DNA of 64,000 nucleotides, from positions 992,001-1,056,000 of the forward strand of contig CM102289.1 of NCBI GenBank assembly GCA_046563655.1. Direction: 5' to 3'. The stretch comes from Yuukianura sp. NJ FZ-2021 (lineage: Eukaryota). Both the position numbers and the translations under genes were made by a program. The notes under the pieces were generated by a model. That model was not told the origin of the DNA. It saw only the letters and a program-made list of their open reading frames with translations, and ran no database searches. This document shows, in pieces, positions 26,301-38,562 of the stretch (position 1 is the first letter of the stretch; each line of letters opens with the position of its first letter).

Positions 26301-28283
26301 CTCGTCTCCATTCTTCTGTAGATTCTTCAGGTATTTGTGGAGGTTCTGGATATACTTATGCTCGGGTATACTGATGTTAGGAGATTTCAGTTTCTTGTTA
26401 GGTTGGCTCACTGGTGTTAAAACACTCATTTCGTGTCAAATGAATTCAGTTAACTAATTGTTAGTTAAATTCCCTAACTGAAGTCTACAAACTACTTAAT
26501 CGAAGTGATCATATGTCACAACTTTATAAATAACCAAAGTGGTAAACAAAAGTTTTTCCCGCCTAAAATTCAAACCAACAAAAGTAAACAACAACTAGCT
26601 GGGTGAACGGGGGTGGAGAGAGCGATGTATTTCTCTCAAACCAAAAAGTTGGGTCTATTTTGATTGCCCCAACTATAGTTATTTCATAAGGAATCGCAAT
26701 AATATTCTTTACAAAAATTCATTTTATGGTTGTTCTACGACAAACTATTCCAAGGAAACATTTCGTAGTATAAATTCTGCTTTAAAGAAAAAGTATTTCC
26801 TTGTTTATCCACATTGCATCCGATGAGGTTTTCAACATTGTTCTTATACATTCAGCAAAACATATTGTATCATATTTTTTTCAGATATACTTACTGTTCA
26901 AAATGTCATGCAATCATACAGTGCATGGAGTGGTGAGTGGACAGTACCGTTTAAGCGCATTCATGCATACGGGGTTACATGCTACCGAGAAGGCACTTTG
27001 CTAGGAGTTGCAGACTATATTCGACCATTTGCGGTATCCTCGTGGATCAATATATTTGGAGCAATAACATTCACGTGTATCTTTTTTGCTGTATGTCCAC
27101 AGTACAGGCTCGTCTCTCGCCAAATCCCGGTATTCATGTACTCAACATTATTAGAAGTAGGCTTCTCATTGGCCCATGTTCCTGGAATGCCTGGAAAAGT
27201 ACTTAATCTTTTTACCGCAATATTTCTACTGGTGGCACTGGTGCTTACGAATGGATACAAGGGAGTTGTAACTACATCCCTTGCGCTCCCATTTGCAAAA
27301 GAAGAATTGGATTCCGTAGAAATGGCGGTTGAGCGGAACTATGGACTTCTCGACAGACATGGTCCGAGCTATAAAATGCACAAATTTTGTTGCAATCATA
27401 CTGACGGCCTGGACATGATCCTCGTTCCAGACGAACGTGCACGCACAAATGGGGGAGAAACTTGCGCAGAATACATTGCCTCCATGTCACAAATTTACTG
27501 GATGGAAACATTGAATGCGTTTGGCTTCATAAGAAACGAACGGGAATATCCCGCTTCGTCAAATGTAGAAATTGCACAAATATTGATGGATCAGATGAAA
27601 AACAACGGCAAAGCTGGACTAATGGCTTACACCCTACTCAACCGTATACGGATACCGCCCTGTGGAGTGTCTTTTGACGAAGCTTTAAGGGAATGCAATA
27701 AAGAAATTGGCATTGTACACGATTCAATGGATCCGGCAGAGGCCAAAAATCACAGGGACTTTGTGGCTTATTCGAAAAAAATATGACAGAGGCCACTTAC
27801 CATTTCCTGGACAAAACGATGTTTCTCAGTGATCTAATGGTTGGGTGTTACTTTGATGTTAATTTCTTTGGCTATGATTTTACAGAAGGTTTAAGGCGGT
27901 TAGCTGAGTCTGGCACCGTTGTGAGTCGTTATGCTGCTTACCTTTCCTTGCGAATCACTAAGGAAAAGAAAATGGCGTTTAAAAGTGCAGGACGAAGCCC
28001 AGATGAGCCGCAGAAGTTGGCTTTGGGTTCCAGAATGGGCTTGATGTTTGTTTTTCTGCTCCTTGGTTCCGTATTGTCTCTCGTCTCTGCAACGGTGGAA
28101 GCTGTTTTGATTCCCAACAATGTTGTTATTAGAAATCTCTTGTTGACTACGAGCAACAAGTTTAAATCAAGTGTAACAAATTTTAAAACGCTGAGCTTTA
28201 AAAAAAAGTCGCAAGTGAAATTCAAATTCAGGAAAAAGCAAAATGTTATCCTTATACATGTTAATCAGCAACCACGAGAGTAG
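23333..28283 (+). CDS. Divergent ionotropic receptor-like protein, type A copy 1; exons 23333-24227, 26885-28283; 1-nt frameshift in the A-run at 27775-27781
   Basis: Signal peptide, pre-M1 IRPFAVSSW, pore-like MYSTLLEVG, M3-like LVLTNGYKGVVTTSLALP, S2 end LRRLAESG and a final TM helix. This is the iGluR/IR topology. Confidence 0.75.
24251..25123. mobile_element. hAT-type non-autonomous element in the A1 intron
   Basis: Termini CAGTGTTGCTGGAT / GTCAAGCAACACGG, TGGATATCCA subterminal palindromes, and TSD CTTATTTG / CTTGTTTG. A related copy lies at 54869-55262. Confidence 0.7.
25323..26675 (-). mobile_element. Internally deleted IS630-Tc1-mariner DNA transposon, DD82E (Sailor-like), with an intron in the transposase
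   Basis: About 52-bp TIRs (TAGTTGGGGCAATCAAAATAGACCCAACTTTTTGGTTTGAGA) with TA TSD. The transposase reads DYHQDMD..VIVLDNARYHS...LRLPPYHCVFNPIELIWA. Removing the GT-AG intron 26043-25984 leaves 82 residues between D and E. Confidence 0.9.
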
Positions 28284-28364
28284 AGAGCAGCTATAACTAC
28301 TTAACGGATTCTAGTTTTAGGAACTACCTACCAAAATATATAAATATGTTAGAAATGTTTACCG

Positions 28365-28668
28365 ATAGTTGCCGCCAACGAACGGCCAGACAGGCATACA
28401 GTAGCTTTCTCTTATTTAGAGTTATTGAAACACGAACTACCTATTAGTGGAAATTTTATTTCTATGGATCGTCCGGTCATAGGGGCGGTCACCTAAATTT
28501 AGAAAAATTAAGCACGATAAGTTGAAATAATGTGTTTCCTGCAAAAGAAATTTGGCACAACACTATGATTTAAATATTAGCCAAAGGGGGTTAAATTGAC
28601 TGGTACGTGGGTGTTCCACCACACTACTAACGTTTGCCGGCAATGTTTGCAATAAAGACAAATAAGCA
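28365..28668 (+). promoter_or_regulatory. Conserved upstream module of type-B genes (also about 31050-31360, 49090-49407, 56915-57794 interrupted, 58027-58331)
   Basis: Ordered blocks: HINE remnant, AAACACGAACT, GGGGCGG, AATTAAGCAC, GCACAACATTATGA, TAAATATTAG, GGTTAAATT, GTTCCACCACAGTA-like. Regulatory function is inferred. Confidence 0.55.
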
Positions 28669-31096
28669 ATGGAGCTAAATTTTGAAATCGTTCTTCTTCT
28701 ATATTTCCATCAATTTGTTGTTGTCAATTTAGATCTGACTCCTGAATCAATTGAACTGACAAATCTGAATCTTCTTGTAGATCAGTTTCCAAATAGTGAC
28801 AATTTGTTAGTACTACCAGACTACAGACACCCAGAAATCACTCACTCGTTTAAAGTACCTGTTAAATTGTACTATGTAAACACTGAACTTAGTGTTCATT
28901 GCGATTCATCCACGGAAAGTGCGCTGTTTTATTTCTTAAATATGCATTTGGGCCAATTAGACACACGGGCAAATAAGCTCACATATTTTACAGTATTTCT
29001 CCTCTTTCCCACGCTTTGGTTTGATACAATGGCGACTCATAGAACAGTAAATCCAAACATTTGTTTCAAAACAGTCAAGCATTTGTCTCTTTTCAACTTT
29101 AAATTAAATGTTATAATTCAAAGAATAGATTTTAAGCCGATGTCGCCTGATTTTACTGATTCCGATTTTGTTGATTTCGGGTTTAACCTACCGGCAAATC
29201 CCGTGCTTTCCTTCCTCGTTGAAATGTTGAAGTTGAATGGAACTGATCGCAGCACAACAACCATTGACACGGTTTTATTCGAACACAACGATCGTTCTGT
29301 TGAAACAAATTTCACCAACACACCATTTGCAATACCTCTGATGCAAATGATAGAGCTGGTACGGAAACAAGCGGAACAGACTTATTTTCTGCATGTCGCA
29401 CAAAATTATGTAAAAATTGAAGGAATTAAGGGAGCTTTAAATCCATTTAAGGCATTACAAATTGGACGAAACTTGTCACTTGTGGACTATTTCCGACTAC
29501 TGGTGCATGAAAACGTTGAAGTTTTTGTTCCTTCGGACGTTGCAGAAAGCTTAGTAACTTCTGGACCATATCCGGATATGCTCTTGAAGTATGACATTTT
29601 TCAAGACAGAATTAATTTCGAAATAGACAACTTCACAAATGGTAGGTTTGTGGTAGTAATGGGAACGGATAAGGTCAATTTTTTAACATGTGATGGTACA
29701 AGTGAAGTAGTAACGTTTGAATTTTATACTGTACCATATGACAAATATTGTTGGTTTAGTGCAATTATCGGATGTTGTTTAGTTGCCTTTACTTGTACTG
29801 TATTTTACGTCAAATTTCGCATTAGTACGACGGTAAAAAATTTTCTCCTTCACTGGATGAACTTTTTGCTTGTGACATCTCTCACTTTACTAGAAGTTTA
29901 TCAAAAACTTCCGCAACAAAATGGGAAAAACACAAAGTTGGTGATAGGTATGTGGGCTCTTATGTTGGTTGTTTTGACAAGTGGGTACAAAGGTGTCGTA
30001 GTTTCATTTCTAGTATCTCGGCTACCAATTAGCCAAACATACTTTACAGCTAAACAGTTGCAAGATTTTGTTATACTTCAAGATTCTGTAACATATCATC
30101 GCTATTTCATAGATTTTCAGATACTATTTAACTACTCTACCTTATACATCAACATTTCAGACCTTGAAACCCAAATTGTTAGTGACTGTGTCCAAATTCC
30201 ACATGAATCTTCTCCATTCGTTCAATATGAAGCAGTAGACAACTTGGCACTTCAACAAATGGTTCATCTAAGTAAACAAAACCGAGCAACGCGCAGAACT
30301 GTATCTGAGGTGTATATAATGACAAACTTCGATAGTTTAACTTCAGTACTTTTTTGCGACAGTTATGAGATAGCCACAAAAGGAGATACAACTTCAGATA
30401 AAATAGAAGTGAATGGGGTTGTGGTACATTCAGCTCTACCAAGTAGGTTTATAGTTGCACATATTCCTACATTTGTTGAAAATTTCCTCTACGAATCTGA
30501 TATCAAATTCGTGGTTACAAAATTAGCCCAAATTCTTTCTCCTTGTACAAAAATGGCCTTAATGGGTCTAGAGACTAACTTGGATTTGTTTCTAGTCAAC
30601 TATGAAAATATGCAAATCTCAATAACTGAAGATCAAATAGGACATGTTCCCAATACGCTTAATTTTCGGAAAGGAAATGAGACAATTGCTGAAATGCTGC
30701 GTGGCTACAGCATTGATAAGGAATATGTGTATACAAAAATTCAAAAACTTTTGGCGGGAGGGATTTTTCAGCTTTGGGAAAAATGGCAACCAGTGCGTAA
30801 ATCCAACAGCTCGGGATAAGATTATGAAACAGAATTTGAAAACTAAGAGGCTGTTGGCTCTGCCTTCAAAATTAAGTTTAAGTGGAAATATTATTACGTC
30901 TTTCTATTTACTTTTTGCGGGAGTGTGTCTTTGTGTTGTAATTTTTCTTTATGAGGTAAAATATTTGGTTTACGATTGTAAGAAAAAATTTGTCAAGCTA
31001 TGGTACCGAACATCTTATTTCCGTCGAAAATGGACCACTACAATGCTGACTATTTCACCGACGGCCGGCAGACAGACAGACTATGTCCATGCATAA
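28669..31096 (+). CDS. Divergent IR-like protein, type B copy 1 (intronless); 1-nt frameshift near 30800
   Basis: NFLTCDG..FEFY.VPYDKYCW (pre-M1), LTLLEV, WALMLVVLTSGYKGVVVSFL (M3-like), KLLAGGIFQLW and a last TM helix. An extra A relative to paralogs (CGTAAATCC vs CGTAATCC) causes the shift. Confidence 0.75.
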
Positions 31097-31360
31097 AGTA
31101 GCTTTCGCTTAATAATAAAATGAAACACGAACTGACTATTAAGGCAAATTTTGGCTCCATGAGCTTTGGTTCGTAAGTGGCAGAAACATCATTTTAAAAG
31201 AATTAAGCACGAAGAGCGGAAATGAATTTCCTTCAAAACAAATTTTGCACAACATCATGACTATTAGCCAATACAGGTTAAATTGCATGGCAAGTTATTG
31301 TTCCACCACAGTAGCTAGTTTTTGCCCGTAATGTTTGTTGGTTTTCAATAAAAAGAAGGA

Positions 31361-33775
31361 ATGGAGCTAAATTTTGAAATTGTTTTTCTTCTTTGTTTCC
31401 ATCAATTTGTTGTTGTCAATTTAGAACTGACTCCTGAATCAATTCAAGTGACAAATCTGAATCTCCTTGTAGATCAGTTTCCAATTAGTGACAATTTGTT
31501 AGTACTGCCGGGCTACCGACATCCAGAAATCACTCAAGGATTTAAAGTTCCACTTAAACTGTATTACGTAGCAACAAAGCATAGTGTCCATTGCGATACT
31601 TCCATGGAAACTGTGTTGTTAGATTTCCTAAATATGCACTTAGGCCAATTGGACACAAGGGCAAATAAGCTCACATATTTTACAGTATTTATCATTTTCC
31701 CGACACTTTGGTTTGATAAAATTGTGAGACAAGGAACAGTAAAGCCAATCGTGTGCTTCAGAACAGTCCAGCATTACTCTCATTTAACGTTTAAATTAAA
31801 TGTTATAATTCATACAATAGACTGTAAACTGATATCGCCTTATCTTGCTGGAGTTGTCGATTTTTCTTTTGGCATAGCAGCCAATTCCGTCGTTTCCTTC
31901 CTGGTTGTACCGTTGAACGGTACCGACCGTACCGTTACAACTATTGACACGGTAGTATTTGAGCACGCCTACCGTTCTATCGAAACAAATTTCACCAACG
32001 CGCCATTTTCCATGCCTGTAATGTCGATGGTCAAACAGGTACAGAAACAAGCGGAACAGACTTATTATGTCCACTACGGAAATTATGTAAAACTAGAATT
32101 AGTTAAACGGGTTCTAAATCCATTCAAGGCATTACAAATTGGAAAAAACTTGACACTCGTCGACTATTTCCGATTACTTCTTCACGAAAACGTTGAGCTG
32201 TTTGTTCCTTCGGACATTGCAGAAATTTTGAAAAGGTCTACAAATAATCCGGATTTGCTTTTGAAGCATGACATTTTTCAAAATACAATAAATTTCGAAA
32301 TAGACGATTTCACAAATGGCAGGTTTATGGTAGTAATGGGGTCGCATAAAGTGAATTTCCTAACATGTGATGGTACAAGTGAAGTAGTTACGTTTGAATT
32401 TTATGCCGCACCATACGACAAGTATTGTTGGTTTAGTTCAATTATCGGATGTTGTTTCGTTGCTTTGACTTGTACTGCATTCTACGTCGAATATTCCATT
32501 AGTATGACGGTAAAAAAAATTGTGCTCTACTGGATGAACTTTTTGTTTGTGACTTCGCTCACTTTAGTTGACGTTTTTCAAAAACTTCCGCAACAACGAA
32601 ATGGAAAAGACAATACAAAGTTGATGATGTGTTTGTGGGCGGTTATGTTTGTTGTTTTGACAAATGCGTACAAAGGCGTTGTAGTTTCATTTCTAACGTC
32701 TCAGTTACCCATTAGCCAAACGTACTTTACAGCTACACAGTTGCAACATTTTGTTATACTTCAAGATTCCGTAACATATCATCGCTATTTGAAAGATTAT
32801 CAGACAATTTTCAACTACTCTACCGTTTTCATCAACTCTACTGATCTTGAAACACAAATTGTGTGTGATTGTGTCCCAAATACCTATTCTACTCCAACCG
32901 TTCACTTTGATGCTGTAGACAACTTGGCACTCCAACACTTGGTTCAGCTAAGTAAAGCAAACCGTGCAACATGCCGACATAAGTCTGAGGTCCAAATACT
33001 GACAAACTACGACAATTTATATTCAGAACTATATTGTGACCGTTATGAGGTCAAAGTAGGTGCGGGTTTAGACAAAATAGAAATGAATGGTGTTGTTGTA
33101 CATTCCGTTCTACCAAGGAACTTCATCGTTGGATGTATTCCTACATTTGTTGAAAACTTCTTTTACGAATCTGATATCAAATTTGTAGTTACAAAATTAG
33201 CCCAAATGATTTCCCCTTGTACAAAAATGGCCTTAATGGGCCTAGAGACTAACTTGGATTTGTTTTTAGCCAACTACGAAAATATGCAAACCTCAAAATC
33301 CGAAGCCCGAATACATGTTCCTAGTGCACTTAATTTTCGGAAGGGAAATGAAACAATAGGTGAAATGGTGCGAGGTTACAGCATTGATAAGGAATATGTG
33401 TATACAAAAATTCAAAAACTTTTGGCGGGAGGGATTTTTCAGCTTTGGGAGAAATGGCAACCAGTGCGAAATCCAACAGCTCGGGATAAAATTATGAAAG
33501 AAAATGTGAAAACGAAGAGGCTGTTGGCTCTGCCTTCAAAATTCAGCTTAAGTGGTAATATTATTACATCTTTCTATTTGCTTATTGCGGGAGTGTGTCT
33601 TTGTGTTGTAATTTTTCTTTATGAAGTAAAATATTTTATATATACGTATATTATAAAATATGTTTATGAATGTAAGAGAGAATTTGCCAAGCGTTCTACT
33701 CCAGTTGTGCCATTTGGAGGTGCTATAACCAAACTTGTTTTGATTCCAAACATTGTGGCGCCCAACACAGCATAG
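31361..33775 (+). CDS. Divergent IR-like protein, type B copy 2 (intact, 804 aa)
   Basis: Single ORF with the same IR-like motifs as B1 (LTNAYKGVVVSFLTSQLP). Confidence 0.8.
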   Translation: MELNFEIVFLLCFHQFVVVNLELTPESIQVTNLNLLVDQFPISDNLLVLPGYRHPEITQGFKVPLKLYYVATKHSVHCDTSMETVLLDFLNMHLGQLDTRANKLTYFTVFIIFPTLWFDKIVRQGTVKPIVCFRTVQHYSHLTFKLNVIIHTIDCKLISPYLAGVVDFSFGIAANSVVSFLVVPLNGTDRTVTTIDTVVFEHAYRSIETNFTNAPFSMPVMSMVKQVQKQAEQTYYVHYGNYVKLELVKRVLNPFKALQIGKNLTLVDYFRLLLHENVELFVPSDIAEILKRSTNNPDLLLKHDIFQNTINFEIDDFTNGRFMVVMGSHKVNFLTCDGTSEVVTFEFYAAPYDKYCWFSSIIGCCFVALTCTAFYVEYSISMTVKKIVLYWMNFLFVTSLTLVDVFQKLPQQRNGKDNTKLMMCLWAVMFVVLTNAYKGVVVSFLTSQLPISQTYFTATQLQHFVILQDSVTYHRYLKDYQTIFNYSTVFINSTDLETQIVCDCVPNTYSTPTVHFDAVDNLALQHLVQLSKANRATCRHKSEVQILTNYDNLYSELYCDRYEVKVGAGLDKIEMNGVVVHSVLPRNFIVGCIPTFVENFFYESDIKFVVTKLAQMISPCTKMALMGLETNLDLFLANYENMQTSKSEARIHVPSALNFRKGNETIGEMVRGYSIDKEYVYTKIQKLLAGGIFQLWEKWQPVRNPTARDKIMKENVKTKRLLALPSKFSLSGNIITSFYLLIAGVCLCVVIFLYEVKYFIYTYIIKYVYECKREFAKRSTPVVPFGGAITKLVLIPNIVAPNTA

Positions 33776-34417
33776 TATATACTTATTTTGAATATTAACT
33801 TAGAAAATCACCAAAACGTGTTTCTTAATTTAAATTAAGAACAGGTTATAGGTTATCCTATAAAACGTACAGGGTTAGTGAATTGGAATCTGCATTGAAC
33901 TGCAATTAATTAGGCCAAACTACATTGGTTTAATTACAAAAAAAAACGCAAAAAAAAATGTAGAAGTGGATTAGGCGCTCTAAGCTATACATTTTTGATT
34001 AAATTCATTAAGGAAATTAATGGAGATAGATAATTTTAGTTTTGAAAAGTAAAATTTAGTAAAGGGAAATGCTTTTCATAGAAGAAGCGAAATTTCTTGT
34101 TCTGGGAGGATTTCACTATGCAAATACAAATTAAAAAGAAATTATATGCAACCTTCCTTTCAAATCAAACCAGGTAATAGTGAATACAAAGTTGAGAATT
34201 TTCAGTTCCGAATTACAATGCAATTTAATTAATTTTACTTACATATCCTCTTCCTCAATCTTTGAAAACCACTCAAGAAAAACAAATTTTTTAAATTTGA
34301 TTATGCCGTCTTCATATTTGTCGAGACTTTTGCATTTCTTGCTCACTTTCATGAAATTGTTGAACAGTATCTTTATAGCTTAACGCGCGAGGACTTAAAT
34401 ATAGACTGCTCTTGAAC

Positions 34418-35861
34418 ATGTCGAAGAAGGAACTTCCTCCTGTTGCTGTTCTACTAATTCGTTCTATTCAGAACTTGCACAAATCCCTACAAAGTCCTAT
34501 AACATGGAGCTACAAGGAGAAAAAATTATTGTTGATCGGTCCATTAGATGCCGACTTGGCTTAATTTGCACTCTGATGCTTGACACGAGCTTCATTCTTC
34601 TATGTTCATTCTTGTGTATGTCCAATTTCGTTGCAAATTTGAATCCGTTGGTTACAATGGGTTTTGTAGCTTTGGCATTTAATGGCTGCTTGAACGTCGC
34701 TCTGGACTTGAACATTATCGTCAACCAAATCGGATGCCAACAGGGGATCAACACATTCCTGCAACTCTTAAAAACCCGAAAAGGTATAAAAACATGAAAG
34801 CACTCAAATTAAAACCGAAGCAAATTGAGGCATGCTGAGTAGCTGAATATAATATGCGGAATAATTTTCATTATTTTTATCTTCATGTAAAATATATTTA
34901 AATATATCGATATAACGGTGTGGTACGTAAAATTAAACGATGGAAAAATCATATGTTTGTCTGTTTACGGAATTATAAGGGGACAACTGTAGCAAATATT
35001 ATGAAAACGAAAGTTATCTTGCAAAATTCTGAAATAAAAAGTTTTATCCTTATGTGATATGCGTTACTCAGTCTTACGTTAATTTTGTTTGCGTATTCAG
35101 GGAACCGTTTTCAATTGCCAGCCACAGCATTTCATACGAAGCTCGTACAGGCTGCTTACATGGGAGGGCCAATGCTGTCAACTCCGATTTTTCTAACACA
35201 ATGCTGGGCATCTGCTGAGGACGTGAACATTCTTCTCATAGCGACAATGGAACGCTACGGATTCACACCCACTCCATTCTGGCTAAATATTTTGGCACTC
35301 GTAGTTGGACTATCATTCTTGCTACAATGCTACCTCATTCCATACAAATTCATGCCCTACATAATCATGGCCATCCTTTTCTGGGACACAAGTAACTTCT
35401 GGCTAACGACGATGCAAAATAACATCAACCTACGCCAATCCACCATGCAGTCTACACTCAACTTCTACAAAGCAATTAGCCCCTTGATCACAATCGTGAA
35501 TGGCATTTTGTCATGGCTATTCGGATTCTACGTTGTCTCTGCTATTGCGTTCATGTCCATCGTATACGCCGTGTGTCTTAAAGTAGGAGTTTCAGTAAAC
35601 GTGTTCTTCTTATTTGTTGTGAGCACTTGCATTGTCATCTTTTGCAATCTCGTTCTGCGACTAACAGCGTATGTCCACGTACAGTCCATGTCATTCATCG
35701 ACGAATTGCGCAAAGCACATCCAAGATCAAAAGAAGTCCAGGCTTTACGACCATTCTCCATCAAGTGCGGTCCCCTCAACTACGTTGACAAAGAAATGAT
35801 CTTTACAGTAAACAGCAGCGTAGTTGACAACACCATTAACTTGGTACTCCTTACTAGGTAA
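34418..35861 (+). CDS. Gustatory-receptor-like 7TM chemoreceptor; exons 34418-34783, 35101-35861; 1-nt frameshift in the A-run at 34520-34525
   Basis: About 375 aa and highly hydrophobic. It has an N-terminal PITW and a C-terminal LRPFSIKCGPLNYVDKEMIF..VVDNTINLVLL resembling the GR-superfamily TM7 region. The phase-1 splice is in frame. Confidence 0.6.
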
Positions 35862-37202
35862 AGGAGTCAATTCGCTGAAGCTCATGAAGTGAAAATACTA
35901 TAAATATATAGTTAATATATACTAGTATACTAATCCAATATATGCTATAAATATATACATCCTATGTTATAAAATAATAGTTTCCCCCAAGGTAAATAGA
36001 ATACTTATAGGTACGGTTGTTGAAAATTGTTTTTTCAAAACTGAGTTGCTATGGGATTTCTTTGACTCCGAGCTCATTCATTTACAGTGTTGTTCAAAAT
36101 TTTCAGCATTTTAGTCTCAATACTTTCGCCGCAAACTTAAAAATAGCTTAAAAATTCGGATGAACCTGTATTTTCACTCGGAGTGACGTCACTGTGAGTG
36201 AAATTGTAAACAAATAAAGAATCGGTTTTGGTCGCTAAGGCATTTTTGCCGCCCCCTGAGTTTCCCCAACTTATCTCCATTCGTTATCTGCATAGGCCGG
36301 AAAATTAAGTATTTTTTCTCGGACTTTAAAATCTCTAGAAACTTTTTAAAAAATTGAAGTTCCTTTTTGAGAGTGAAATCTTTTTGAAATTAACATCCAT
36401 CTTTTTCGACCATTTTGTTTGTACTTTTCGACCAAATCCTATTCTACTATAATTTTTACATGGTTTTTGAGTTGCCTCGAGAAAACTCAGCTTGAAGGTT
36501 TTTTGCCCTATTTTTTTTAGGGATTTTAAAGATTTGGCGTTTTTTTTTAAACTTTCTTTGTCGGCCTTATTTTGAAACATATCTCGCCTAACGTAGAGGA
36601 GCCGAGAAATTTCTGTCCGAATTATAATTGGGCGTACTGTACATTGGCACACGGTTGATTAAGAAGGAGTAGTGAAGAAATAAAATGTAAAATAAAAAGG
36701 CAATTTAAAAAAATCGGAGTACTAAACTATATCTTATATCACAATCCTTAAGTTGTAAGTCTCTTTGTTCGTGACTAGGTCACTTGGTGGACCTAACTCA
36801 AGCTGTCAATTGCTAGGAATAACGGAAAGTGGCGAAACACACTGAGAAATCCAATATTCTGCGCACTTTACTAACCTAACCTAACCTAGCAAGAAAGTTA
36901 CATAACCTAAGTAAGGAAAACGTTTTTAAAAATTGGAAAATTTAATAAGAAAGACTTAGATAATAGAACCAACAGACGTAGTCACTATGGCATGCTTTAC
37001 CAAACCTAACCCCGCACCTGCGGCGCGGTACCGCATTCTAAGCTAGCCACACATTATGAGTATGTCTAACTGTGCCAGTATAGTCAGACTAATTTTTTCT
37101 TTCTGCCAAAATCTTGAAAATAAAATGCCCATTTTCATTTCCGGGTATAAAAACACAATTTCTGTCAATGTGTTTTGGGTCGATGTGTTTGTATTATTGT
37201 AT

Positions 37203-37234
<32 letters not shown>

Positions 37235-37396
37235 TAATGGCATGCATAGATCGGACTTTCGGTGTAATTGGACCTTCGGGGTAATCGCTTCGTGGTAATT
37301 CATTCGGTGAAATGTCGTGCTCCCGATGAAACATGCAGAAAGAATCTCTTCAGATGCTATAGTCATTGTTTAGTTTGAAAAATGCTTTGCAGAAAG

Positions 37397-37806
37397 TAGT
37401 GCTTCAAGTTCGGACCCGAAATGAAAGTTCGAACTTCGAACCTTAAGTTCGAACTTCTTCAGAACAAGTTCGTACTTTCGAAACTTTTTTAACAGGCAAA
37501 AAGTAATGGGCAGTGAAAAAAAAGTGAAGGCGATCAATTTAGCAAGTCACATTTAAAATGTACTTTTCTTTGTATATGAATTCTTTTTCACAAGCTAAAG
37601 TAATCAGATGGGTTTAAATTTAACAAAAACTTATTCCTGCGGCAAAATGTTTGGGTTTTGGTTGAAATCCATATATTGCTGTATATTTTGCCTATATTAA
37701 CCTATAAGTTCGAACTCTTTTGCCTGAGGTTCGAACTTCGAACCCGGAAAAATAGTCGAGTTCGTGTTCGGAAGTTCGAACTTTAAAGTTCGAACTTGAA
37801 GCACTA
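37397..37806. mobile_element. hAT-type MITE with GTTCGAAC subterminal repeats
   Basis: TIRs TAGTGCTTCAAGTTCG / CGAACTTGAAGCACTA with a perfect 8-bp TSD GCAGAAAG. Confidence 0.92.
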
Positions 37807-37814
37807 GCAGAAAG

Positions 37815-38562
37815 GAACTTTTTTGAAAACTTACTTGAAAGTTTCAAGTTGAAACTGAGTTGACTCCAAGTTAGAAGTAAAAACACAATGACTTTGTTAA
37901 AGTTGGGTTGCATTCTGGAAGAAGATCACAAAGAAAATACCACCCCATTTTGAAAAATTTAAATGTCAGTGGAGACTGGAGTTGCCCAACAATAAAATTT
38001 CAATGGCAAATATTAGTTCAATGAAAATCCAATTAAATCAAGACTTTTCATGTCCGTTTTTTTATTGAAAGAGGCACGCAATGCTGGATCAGTGTCAATG
38101 TCACACATTCATGCATAAGAACAGCACATTTCGAAAAAGAAAAGTTTGAAAACTAAATTACTTAGAAAACTTGGCGGAAAGGCAAAGCAAGTTTGGTCTC
38201 AACAGCAGTAAAACGCTTGGTAAATTCTATGATACACTCTTTAAAAAAATATTTTGCCTTATAAAGAAAAATTACAACACAAAGACACACTCCCGCAAAA
38301 AGTAAATAGAAAGATGTAGTAATATAATCTTCAATAAGATTATTAAATAGCGAAAGCTATTTAATAATTAAATTAATAATAGAGTCACACAAAAATGTGT
38401 GACCCACTCGTTAAAAGGTCCACATTTTGTTACAGTGGTTACTGAAATTCAAAATTTTCAAAAGTTTCAATTTTTTTGAACTTATACTACTCATAATTTT
38501 AGAAAATGTCGTACCGTTACAACAGATGCACGTTCACGTTTTGGGCAGAATCCCAACTTCCT
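37815..38562 (-). pseudogene. Duplicated fragments of the serine-protease 5' end
   Basis: 37815-38160 matches 22380-22730 (first exon MQPNFNKVIVFLLL plus upstream DNA). 38418-38562 matches 21979-22135. Confidence 0.85.

Noticed and set aside
35960..36720. Possible Tc1-like non-autonomous element
   Set aside because: Could not pair TIRs or find a TSD by eye.
36870..36915. (CCTAA)n / TTAGG telomere-like repeats (also 11566-11581, 48709-48830)
   Set aside because: Only 3-4 units, and mostly internal to MITEs. Not a telomere.
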